Shown one piece after another: positions 11,801 through 23,800 of a stretch of 60,000 nucleotides of DNA. The notes beneath the pieces are model-generated. The model was not told where the DNA came from, did no database searches, and saw nothing but the letters and a program-made list of their open reading frames with translations. Each line of letters begins with the position of its first letter. Within the stretch, counting starts at the first letter, position 1. A program made the position numbers and the translations under genes. The DNA comes from Lytechinus pictus (Eukaryota): assembly GCF_037042905.1 (NCBI RefSeq), contig NC_087251.1, positions 48,052,001 to 48,112,000 of the forward strand, written 5' to 3'.

Positions 11801-14800
11801 AATCAAAATCAACAAAGAAGGAATCACATTCTGTATGAGCACACCCCGACAAGTGACAAAGAAACTTTCCTTTATTTTGGAGATGGATAGGTTTAGGTAT
11901 AGGTGAACTGACATTGAATGAGAGAAAAAATTTTTTTTTAATATCATAGCAATAAATTCAATTAAAAAGTTAAATGATTAAATATGAATCACATTTCATA
12001 CATACCTCCCCCTCAAAATAATAAATCAAATAGAATAAAGCACATAATTAGACTAAAATCAGAATTTAAATAAATATAAAAATTATAATCCCCATAATAA
12101 TGTCCTACCATCAATCAAACAATCAATAAAATATAGTCTGATATTACAAAACAAGCAACACATAATGATACACAACAAAGAAACACAAGAATTCTAATAA
12201 CGGAAGATTGCTTACATGTCCCAGCCCAAAGTTTCAAGTTCTTCAACAAGCCTTCGATGCAGGGGCGAGTTATCCACTACACCATGAGAAGGGTTACCAA
12301 TCTTGCTTGCTTTGGTGTTCTCAAACAGATTGCACACTTCCTGCATGAATGCTTCTGGATCAACAGCCGACCTCAGCCTGTTCTCAAGTGTACCTTGAAC
12401 CTTACCGAGCCGACGGGCCAATCTCCAGTCTCCCTGAACACTGCAAATTGAAAATAATTAACATTTTTTAACACAAGAAAATCTTGAGATGACTATCCAC
12501 AATAAGCTTCACTGCCATGGAATTTGCAGTACCTCTATAGGGCAAGAAGACCTGTACTGGGAAGGGGCAAAAAAGAAAAAGGTCATCATCAGAGCTGCCA
12601 AGTTGTATTTTGCATTTTCAGTATTCTTATCCCCCAAAATCAGTATTTTGACCAAAAAAAATCTGTATTTTTACCGTGTGAGATAAATATTTTGTAGTTT
12701 TCCCCCAAAAAGTGTATTTCATAATAAAATGCTTGGCGCACTCGCCCATCACGGCGCTCAAGCTGCATGCAAGCTAAAATGTGCACTGCTCTTGCAGTTG
12801 AAAAAAAAAAACATTGAAACTTGTGTACAGTATATCTCACCCTGGTTTTTACAAAATGATTGAAAAAAAAACAAGTCACCTGAAATTTCATTGATCTAAT
12901 AACCATATTTGTGTACGTTTTATGAAATAGAGACATATAGATGATATTTCTCAATAAATTTCGATTTTTTTTTTAAAAATACAAAAAACAAATTTTTTAA
13001 AGAAAAAAACGTACGGCCGTATTTTGGTTGCAAAAACGTACTAAATACGGAAAAATCGTACTACTTGGCAGCTCTGCATCATCATCATCATCTTATCCTA
13101 TCGGGTGACTGCGAATTCCATGGCAGTGAATGATGACTGGCCTTGGTGCCCCTCTCACTTTCCTGGGAGAATAATAATAATATTAGAACAATTTTTGTAT
13201 AGCCATTACACCTTACAGAGGTCTCAATGCCCATGAGGAACAGAAGAAAAGATTATTTTTCCTAATTTGTACTGTAATAAAGAGATGTGCCTTTGTTTTT
13301 GGACAAGGTACATGTATAAGCGATGTTGTGTCTCACCCACTTGTGAAAATAACCAGAAATATCGCGATATGCGACGGCAAGCAACAGAATTGTATCAAAA
13401 GTTCATTGTGAAATTAACTGGGATGGAATGCAAACTTTAACATTGACCTCAAAATGACCTATGACCTTACCATGTGACCTGCGACTGCACCATATTTAGA
13501 CCTTTTTTAATATGAATTAATTATGTTAATCTATACGTAAATCAAACTTGTTACCCTAATTCATTAAAAGAAGCTCCTAGAATGCTAATTTCCAGGGTTG
13601 GCATATTTCCCGCTTCGGAGGCTTATTTCCCGGGCGCCGGGAAATAAGCGGTATTTACCGCTTTTTTCCGGTATTTACCACTATTCAACGGGAAATACTG
13701 GGAAATATAATTTTCCACTCACTTTTCTATAGGGATTGTCAAATTTTGAACATAAAAACAAAGGTGGTGAGTATGGTTGCTCTGGTGTGTACCATTTGTG
13801 TGAGTGTGTGTGTTTGTTTGTTAGGGTGTTTATGTTTGTGTTTGGGTGTTATCTATGTCTGTTATCATGAAATGCTGGAAAAAATACAATAAAATACTAA
13901 AAAGATCCCAAATATACATCTAATTTAGATATGGGCAATTCCATAGGTTGGTGGACATGAGCTCAATGTGTCTTTGTACATATAGCCCATCTGAACCGTA
14001 ACGTGAGTAACCACTTTATCTGCACCCCTAGTAAAAACCATGTGTTCTTTTTTTTTTAATTATATACAAATTTGTCTCCCTAATATACTTCTTTGAAATG
14101 GATATAATCAACTTTCATAAAAGCCTTGCATGAGGACACTTTTCACTTATGTCCACTTTTCATTTTATGCATGTCCAAATCATGTAACATGAGTAACCGA
14201 CACATTTCAAAGATTTGCCAGGAGCATAATGAAATTCCCCAACTTTTGTTTTTATACAAAGGATAGTCAGACTGCGTACTATGTTGTGATAAAGAGATGT
14301 TTAGTTCTTATCAATAATAATGGAGTTACAGCTCCAAGTATGAATCAAGGTGTCTCCAAATGTAACGTGAGTAACCGTGGAATAGCCCATATGATGTTCT
14401 TCATTAAGTCAGTCAATAATTACCATATTCATGAATACCTACATATACATGTATTAATGAGCATAAACTTGTATTAGCATATGAACAAAATGCCATGTGC
14501 TTCAAAATACATAAATATTATCATAAACATTTGGGACCCCATTTTCATTGTCAAATTCTTCAATTTCTCTGTCATCCTCATTGATGTCACTATCTCTGCT
14601 ATATCCTTCTTCGTCATACATGTATATCGAGGATATCCTTGTCTCAATGTGAACCAGACATTCTTTTGAAAATCTCACTATGACTGATTAAAGAGAGGAG
14701 CTATTGTAAAGGGAAACAATGGAGCGTGCTCCAAGATTTATTTGTTTACAATAGCTTTCAATCAATGTGAATATGACAAACTGTACAAGTTATTTATTTT

Positions 14801-17800
14801 ACATTTCCCATGAAACATTCAGTAGCTAAAGTATGTCAATTATGTTGTTATTGTATTCATTTTATATTTCTTAAAGGAAACAACTTTTGACACCTCTTTC
14901 CACTTTTGTGTACATAAATTTGTATAAGTTATGCTTTTTAATTTTTGTGTTTGCTTTGTTTGTTAAACTTCTTTTAAAAGTTAGATTGAAAGAATTGCAA
15001 CATTAAAAACGGCATAATCCGAGTTGTGTAATTTTTTAGGCTACAAAAAGATCTTTTTCTGTAAGCAATATCAAAATTCAAAACCAGCAACCACTAGTAC
15101 ACACTGATACATGTACACACTAAAACTCCTTACATACAGTAGAATACCGGTACTGAGCTTTATTCACACTTAAAAACAAAAATCATATTGTAATGAGATA
15201 CAATGGCATGTAAAAAGTTAAACCCCGGGAGAAATATTTGTTTATGTTTTAATATGATTATTCAGTTTCCAGGAACATAATTTGAGTTTGTGTACGTATG
15301 TGTGGACTTAGATCCTATGTGTGTTTGGGTATGTACTTGTATGCAGTATGGATTTTATCTGTTTGTGTGTGTCTACTATGAGTTTTGTGATTCTAATTAT
15401 TTCAAAACACTATTTTCATTTGTTGAGGTTAAAAACAACTAAAATTATTGAAAAAAAAAAAGAATTAAAATCATATTTCCCGTTTTTTACATATTTACCA
15501 GACGCCCATCTTATTAACCGGACGGTATTTACCGGTATTTACCACCGGTAATTACCACTACCGGTATTTACCGCCCAACCCTGCTAATTTCTCTTGTTCA
15601 AATTCTTTATATCATTGCTAACAATTACAAAATAAAAAAGTCTGGTTTGAAAATAAATTTCTTATGTAATTCTTTTTTTTTACCTTTTGTTTTTGTTTTT
15701 TCGCCAAATTTGCAGCAGAACCTTTTTGAAGCATAGTGCTAAAATTAATTCATTTCAGCTTATGAAAACAAAAATAATCATACCTTTATGAATAAGATGA
15801 GAAAACTCATATTTACCTTGACTTTGTACACAAAATCACAATTTGGAACAATTTTGGGTCTGACATGCACTTACGTAATGTTTCGTAATTTTTCAACCGC
15901 ATACCCGGGCATCATAAATTTGGTCTAAAAACTTAAAGATGCACAAGACTTCTAAATAAAAGTCAGCGAGTGGCGCGGACAAAAAAAATTGTGTAGTGAA
16001 GTGGTTGCAGAAAATATCGGGTGGGGGGGGGTTGATTCACCCCCCCTGGCAGTTTTAGGGTTAAGCCTTAAGGAATGAGAATTAAGCACAGTAAAGATAA
16101 AGACACATACCCTGTAAACAATATTTTGATAATTTTTGGATTCACATAATTTTAGGACCGAGTGAGACCATGTCATAAGTTAAGCTAGACTTTAGAATAT
16201 GGGCCAATAATGACACCTCCATGGTCTAAGCGAAGTAAAAATAAATTATCAAGTATTCCTAAACTTCTTACCTGGCATGTTTGATGTTCTTGTCTTTTGG
16301 AAATTCTATCTTCAATTGATACTCTTCTCCCTGGATTGTAAAGAAAAATAGAAATGATTTGTGACTTTGGAGATCATGTCCTGGTGGGTCAGCGTCGAAC
16401 TTGAACTTCACTGGTTCACTTCTCCAATATACTTGTCCAGTTCGTTCTCGAAGCTGTAGACACTGGGTGTATTACCTAATTCATTACTGAGACTATACCA
16501 TGGTTTTCTCATTCTCATGTAAAAAGATTTCTTACGTTTTTCAGTGACTGATCTTGGAATAAACAATTTTTTATCATGACCTCTGGTAGGCCCATGAACC
16601 TGACCCAAATCTGGCACTACCTCCTGGTCATATCTATGAAATAACTTGTAAGTTTCAATCATATCCCCTCGCGCACGGCGGTATGTCAATGTAGGGAGTT
16701 TCAGTTGGATCAATCTTTGTTCGTATGCAAGTTTTTTTTACCTCAGGTACCAATTTAGTGGCCCTTCTCTGTACATTTTCTAATGCATGAATATGTTTCT
16801 TCAAGTAAGGACTCCATACGGCATGTGCATACTCTAAATGTGGTCTGATCAAAGCTTTATATAGGAGTAAAAAGTTCTCCTTGTGTAAATAAACAAATGT
16901 TCGTCTTATCAGATTCATTAACCTATTGGCTTTATTGATCTTTGCCTGAAAATGTTGGTCAAAATTAAGCTTTGTGTCAATGATCACGCCTAAATCTTTA
17001 CTTGTTTCAACTTGTAATAGATTATGTGTGGCATTACCGTGGGCCACTCATTCAATGAACAAGGTCATGATACACCCAAGGGTTCATTAAATGCCGCTGT
17101 GCACAGAAAAATCAAGCCATAGATGTCGTGTGTTGTGGACACAAGAAGTGAGATCCCAGCACGCGCGACCCACTAGTTAGAAATCCACTGCCAAACGCGG
17201 TTCATGGTAGGAGGTTAGTATACTAATACCAAGGCTCGACATTAGTGGTGGCCCGGGGCCACCAGAAATTCACCTCGGGCAACCATTACTGAAAAAATGT
17301 TAAGTTTTGGTGGCCCAAATCGGGCAACCAATAATTTTCAAAGTAGCGCAATTTTTCTCCCGATTTTGCACGCATTTATCAACTATCTACAGTTGAAATT
17401 GCAAGCCAATTCGTCATGCGCCCTTTTTCTTAATCTACACACAAAGATTGCATACCGGTAGTCATGACAGTATGTAGGCCTACCGCTATAGCATACAGTA
17501 ATTATTATCAAGCCGGCCGCGCCGGCCGTCTGGCGTGAGCTTTGCATGCATGAAACCACTGCAGCTAGCTGTGCGCTAGCAGACCATTCAGACTCAGGGA
17601 GCTGCGATACGAAATGTTGCTGCTAAGAAATCTTCCATAGAACTTTGAAAATCTACGTCAATGTCACGTTTTACACCAATGAAATGCCCTTCTACAGTCC
17701 ATATTACTAAAATCTGGTGTAACCTGATTATTTGCAAGCATTAAAAAGAGGAATTATGACCTCTCTTTTGACTCAAAAAGACTTATTTCCAAATGCATTA

Positions 17801-20800
17801 ATACACATAAAACACATAGGGTGAGTACATCACAGTCCCACGTGTGCATTTGTATGTATGTTGATACTTGGTTTCTTTCGAAGCTGTGTCTTTTCTAGCC
17901 AAAAATAAACAGACAGTTTCTTTCTTGTTTATAAATGACTTCTTTAACCACTATTGGGAAGTAAATACTTTGGGAAGGCATTTGAGTGATATGAAATGTG
18001 AACTTTTCCAGCATTTTGGCAAATATAGGGAAGGACTTTTCTCACACTGTTTTTTCCAGATATAACTTTTGCCTTTATCTTATTTTTTTTTCTTTCATTT
18101 TTTTTATAATGGTTAAACCATGTATACCCCTTCCCATTGAATATGCCTGATTAAAGAATTTTCCCCATTTTTTTATTAATTTTGTTTTATTCATTTTTCT
18201 TTCATTTTCTTTTGTTTTTTTTCCCCCTTTTTTTTCTGTTCTTTGTTTTTTCTTTCTTCATTTTCTTTCTTTTGTTTTATTTCACTTATTTATTTTAATT
18301 ATTTTTGTTTTCTTTTTTAAATATACTACATGTATTCTAAAAATTATTTTTGTTTGTTTCCCCCTTTTGCAGCATATTTTATGTGATTTTCTCCTGCTAT
18401 ATGCTGGAAAAGAGAAAATAAACTGTATTTGGGGCCTGCATAATCTAGGTTTTAGGGTTCAAAAAGGAAGAAAGGAAAATTCATTGTTTTGTACATCTAT
18501 CTGAGTTTGCTATGCACTATTTATTTACTTTACCATTATGAGTGTGTGTCTATACTACGGAGATTTAAAAAAAGTCCACACAACCTGGGAAGTGGGAACA
18601 ATACAATTCTTTTATTCTCTTTCAATCATTTTATATTTACAATGATAGAACAATTTATACATTACCACAAATCAATTAGCAAAGTGAAATAACAGCAAAC
18701 AAGATTTACATACAAGATGTACAAAGTGAAAGTAACTTAGTGGTAGTGGCTGCAGAATTAATATTTCAGAAGTTTGTTTTATTCATGTTTAATCAATGTT
18801 TTTTATGAAGGTTTTGGTGGCCCGAATGGGCCACCACCAAAAAAAGTTAATGTGGAGCCTAGCTAATATCTAATACTAACCTCGCAATACGTGTGAGTGG
18901 TTATGATATAACCTTGTTCTCGGTTATATCTCCATGTGTGGCAAAATAAGGGTGGCAATGTTTGGCTTATTTTCTCTTTTTCTTTGAAACAAATGTTTGA
19001 GTTTTTTACACAGACAGTTTCCATAACACCTATTCATCACAACTTGGCTCTTAAGTAAAAATTTGATTCTTTAAATAATTTTTTTCTTAATTAAAAATAG
19101 AGATTGAAAAATGAAAATTGTCTTGCCATATTACTTTCCACCAATAGAGGGCGTACACAAAAATATGCCCAAAACTCAAGTTTTTGAGCGCTCTGGTGAA
19201 TACGAAAATTATTCCCAAGTTACTAATGAAAAATACATTGCAACTGTATGGAAATTAGTAATTTTGGTCACAAAAGTGATATTTTAATGAATTTTTAAAG
19301 TGTGCTCTGTACAGCATTGGCATACCATAGTAGTCCTAAAAAGGTAGATTCCCCACACAGGCAGGATCATGGTTGCAGTTTACTGCGGCAGCCCGAACAC
19401 GTACTGTGTTCGGGCTGCGTTGTGATTCACCCAGACTCACCAGATGAAATCAGATGAGCATCGAGAATCAATCAAAAATACATAAAATTGCACAAAACTG
19501 TTACAAAGGAATCAATACATACTTACAACTTAAGCCGCAATATGGGCGGCCCTCAAAACTTCGAAATAATTCCCCAAAACGAAGCAAAAACGTCGGAAAA
19601 TTTTGCCGGTGTGCATTAAAACTCGTTCGTACAGGAAGCAATGAAGGATTGATATAGCCTTTTGACGAGGCAACGAGATAGATTGATTTTTATTACCAAA
19701 CGGGCAAAAAACAAAAAACAAACGATAAAAGAGAAAAAATACTTTAAAAATAAAATAATAATTTAATATGCGATTTCAGTAAGTTCTTATTATCATCAGA
19801 TCCTGCCAATACCACTAAAGTCCATTATAGATAATACAACAGAATGCCCCGACAAAAGGCTATCATTTGATGCGTCGGATAGAGATTGTTATGAATATTC
19901 ATGAGTCTAGTTCCGTAAATTCTTGCTTCACCCTTTGCCTGGCAACTATTTTAGCTTCGGCTTTTTCTTTGAAAGAAGTAACATATTTTCGTTTGAATTA
20001 TTTGTTTTTCTTTCTCCTCCATTCTTTTCTTTTGTTCTGTTTTATTTTCTTTTCCCCCTTTTTTATTTTTATTTTTATTTTTTCCTCTACCTTCTTTTCA
20101 TTTTTGGGGTCTGTTTTCTTTTTCTTTCTTCCCTTTTTTTAAATTCTTCTCTGTATTTGCTCTTTTTTCTTTTTTCCATTTTTTCTTCGTAATTTTTCTT
20201 TTTTTTTGGTCTTTATTCTCTTTGTTCTTGTTTCTTCATTGTTTTCAAGAGATTATGCACATGGTATCGTACTACACGTTTTTTTTAATTATTATTATTA
20301 TTGGAAACTGTATAGATATATGTAAATAAAAAAGTGAAGAAATAAATGAACACTCATATATTAAAGGAATATATTCGTTGATCAAAATTATTGAGTGATC
20401 AGCAAACCATCTCTTTAAGATTTTGATGCCTATTTCTGGAACCCAGCCTCTGACAGGGCTTTGCTGGCTTAGCCTAGAGGACTCCGTGATGCAAAATGAT
20501 TTTAAAAATATCACGGAATCCAATGCTGGCTCCCACATATTTTTTTTTCTCTCTCTCACTTGTTATGTTTTCCATTTTGTTTATTTTGTATACTGTGCAT
20601 GTATCCTTAGTTTTAATTTCAATTGTATGTTGTATGTTTTAATGAGAATTTAAAATAAATGAAATGAAAATATATGCAAATCTCATTATCATCCAACAAC
20701 CATTTTCATACAATTGATGCCTATTAATTTGTATTATGTTTGAACGGAGATGTGATTATAATTCATATGTTTGTTTATAAATTAATATGTTATCTTTCAT

Positions 20801-23800
20801 CTTGTTGGCATTCTTAAGCTTCAATAATTGGGTATATAAATCTCTGCGGGATAAGTATAAGCCTATAATTACTAAGAATTGAGTTGCTCATTATAGGACG
20901 CATAAAGTCGCCGCAAATCCTGCTTGTCTGATTGTTTTCCAGGTGTACAAAAGGGTTTTTTCCTAAAGACATCCCATTCTTTATATTGTTTTTATATTAT
21001 TATTATTTATTATTTATTTATTTTGATTTATTTATTTTATACTGCAGGGTAGGCCTGTTCAGTTCTTAAAACTGCTTTACAAAGGCGCCCTGCAGTTTAA
21101 AATACATGTCAAGATAACTATGAACAACACCAACAAACAACATCAAAAATACAAAATACAAAATATCTAACATCAGAAACAATTAACACCAAAATATAGA
21201 GTGGGAAGTGACAATTTAAACATACATAGCATTGTAAATCAATGGAATATCATTTCGCTCTTTATCAATTCGTATGAAAGGCTTTGCATAATTTTTTAAA
21301 AACTAACAAGGAGGTACAAACTTGTAAATTTGAAGGAAGTGCATTAAATAATTTGGGTCCGACATATGCAAAAGATTTTCTTTTATGTTCAATTCTAGCT
21401 TTGGGAAGCTGAAGGGGGCATCGTAAAGAAGACAGTGTCCTGTATTTCACGGGCCGTTTACATACTAAAGGTTTTAAATAATTTGGAACTAAATCATTCA
21501 TTATTTTATATACAAGAAATTAATGAAAATCATGGTGACGCTAAATCAGCTTATATACTTCTAATACAATTGGTGGCGGAAGCCAAAAAAATCAGGGGGT
21601 CCACCTGAAATTGAAATTTTGGGATAGACACAGGTAAAAAAAATTGACAAGCAAAAAAAAAAAATTTCAACAAAAAATTTAGGGGGGGGGGGACCGTCCC
21701 CCATCTCAAATTTAGGGGGGACAGGTCCCCCTCCGCTTCCGCCGCCTATGACTAAACTACTATACCATTGAAGAATTGACGCAGAAATCAAATTTTGTGA
21801 TAGATTTTGTCATAACATACCAATAGGCCTTTATCATGCACCTTTTCCTTTTTTTTATAACAAGTACGTAGCAAGGAGGCGGTGGGATGATCTTCCCCAC
21901 CCTAACTCCCCCCCCCCAAAAAAAAAAAAGAGAGAGAGGAGAAACGGTGATAGCGAAGGGGTAAACAATGGCGAAAAAGAAAGCTTTGCGGGATTTTCTT
22001 TCTCATTCTCTCTAAAATTTTACTTCCGCGCATGTTTGCGAGAAAATCCTTGTTTTTCTCCTATGTTTACCTTTTCTTTATTACCCCGTTTTTTCATCTT
22101 GGCTATATTGCTAGTTTGTTTTGTGGCGGCATCAAGTTTTAAAGAATAATATTTGGGAACGGAATTAGTATTAAGATTATAGGTCAAAGTATATGAAGTC
22201 ATATTTTATTCAAAATGATCACCAACGTTCCCGATCCTTATAGGTCAGGGTGGTAAACTCTATAATGATAATGCCGTATACCCACAAAGGCTACTTCTTC
22301 CGTTTTTCAGCTCTTTACTAGTCGGTCATAATTTATTTGGGGACCACGGACGGCCTGTTCCTCATTTAAAAGGGGGAGTTATACAAATTGTGCCGTATAT
22401 ATAAAAAAAAGAAAGTACAATATTACTATAGAATTATATGGAAGTTTATGTCATCAATCTCCTGTCGTCTACTTTGCGCCATTAATTAAGTTCCTAATCA
22501 TTCAAATACACTGTTAAAATAAATTTAAAATCGCTGTCTACGATGTGAATCACACAGTAATTGTTTAAACAGTTTAAACAAGTATTTAAAATCTTAAAAC
22601 ACACATTTTAAATTTAAATATTTAATTATCAATAATTAAATTCAAATATTAAATTATCAATGATTTAAACATGATTGTTTAAATTTTAAACACTTGTTTA
22701 AAATGTTTAAACAACTACTATGCAATTCTCACAGTAAACAGCGTTGTTAAAAATATTTTTGACAGTGTAGAAGTGCTCCATATAAATGAGTTCAATCAGG
22801 GGCGGATCCATGATTTTCCAAAAGGGGGGCACAGGGCCAATGAAAAATTTGACAAGTAAAAAAAAAAAAGTTTTTCAACCAAAAATTGAGGATATTTCGT
22901 CCCCGAAAAAAAGGGGGGGGGGGGCAGGTGAGGGGTTGATTATGCTACTGCCATGCGGTGAATTAAACAACAAATGGTGATTGGTGATTATCAAAGCGGC
23001 AGATTTTTTTTTTAAAATTATAATTATATATTAACATCTTGACTTAGAATTTCTTTTTAAAGCAGGCAAATTGTTTTTAAGTATTTCCTTTTGTTTTAAA
23101 ACCATATTCAATCCTTCCTCATTGTTATAACATGTGAAAAAGATAAATAACATGAAATCATTTACGTTATTGAATCAGAATTCATATTTAAGAAAATCAT
23201 AAATTGGTTATTCTAAATGTAAAATTAGAATCCATTTGTAAATATTTGTTGGATTTTTTATAATCACAAAGGGAATAATAATAATAATACAGACTAAAAA
23301 AATTCGGATCTAGAAATCTCTGAATATATTAAAACACAAGCACACTATTGATAAATATTTTTTTCATTTTTAGTATCATTAAATCAAAATAATTTGAGGA
23401 AGTTATATGAAATAAAACACACACCAAGCGAACAGTCACGCTTTACCCCCCCCCCTTCCCATAAACAAAGCATAAAAAAGAATGAAAAGGAGAAAGAAAG
23501 AATGAAAAGGAGAAAGAAAGAATATAACAAATGACAACAAAAACTTATCATAAAAACACAAAATGTAACAAAATAAAAATATATATGAAATAAATATTTT
23601 TTTTCATAAATATAGATCTATTTTTTTCCAAAAAAAAAAAGAAAAATGGTATTGAATTATATGCCTAAATCACAATTTAATTGAATGTTTTCACTCTTAC
23701 ATGCATATTCATTAAACTGTGCTGTAAAGGCATGCAGTGACGACATCTTATAAATATTCATATGCGCATGCGCAGAATTTTACCTCAAACATGGCGATCT

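Noticed and set aside
19527..19640. Candidate FANCL coding exon 1 (one frame reads RQNFPTFLL..SFEG)
   Set aside because: No in-frame ATG and wrong splice phase; 24453-24533 fits far better.
19867..20192. Phe/Leu-rich membrane-like ORFs (also 31556-31874, 49461-50052)
   Set aside because: Derived from T-rich or GA/CA low-complexity tracts.
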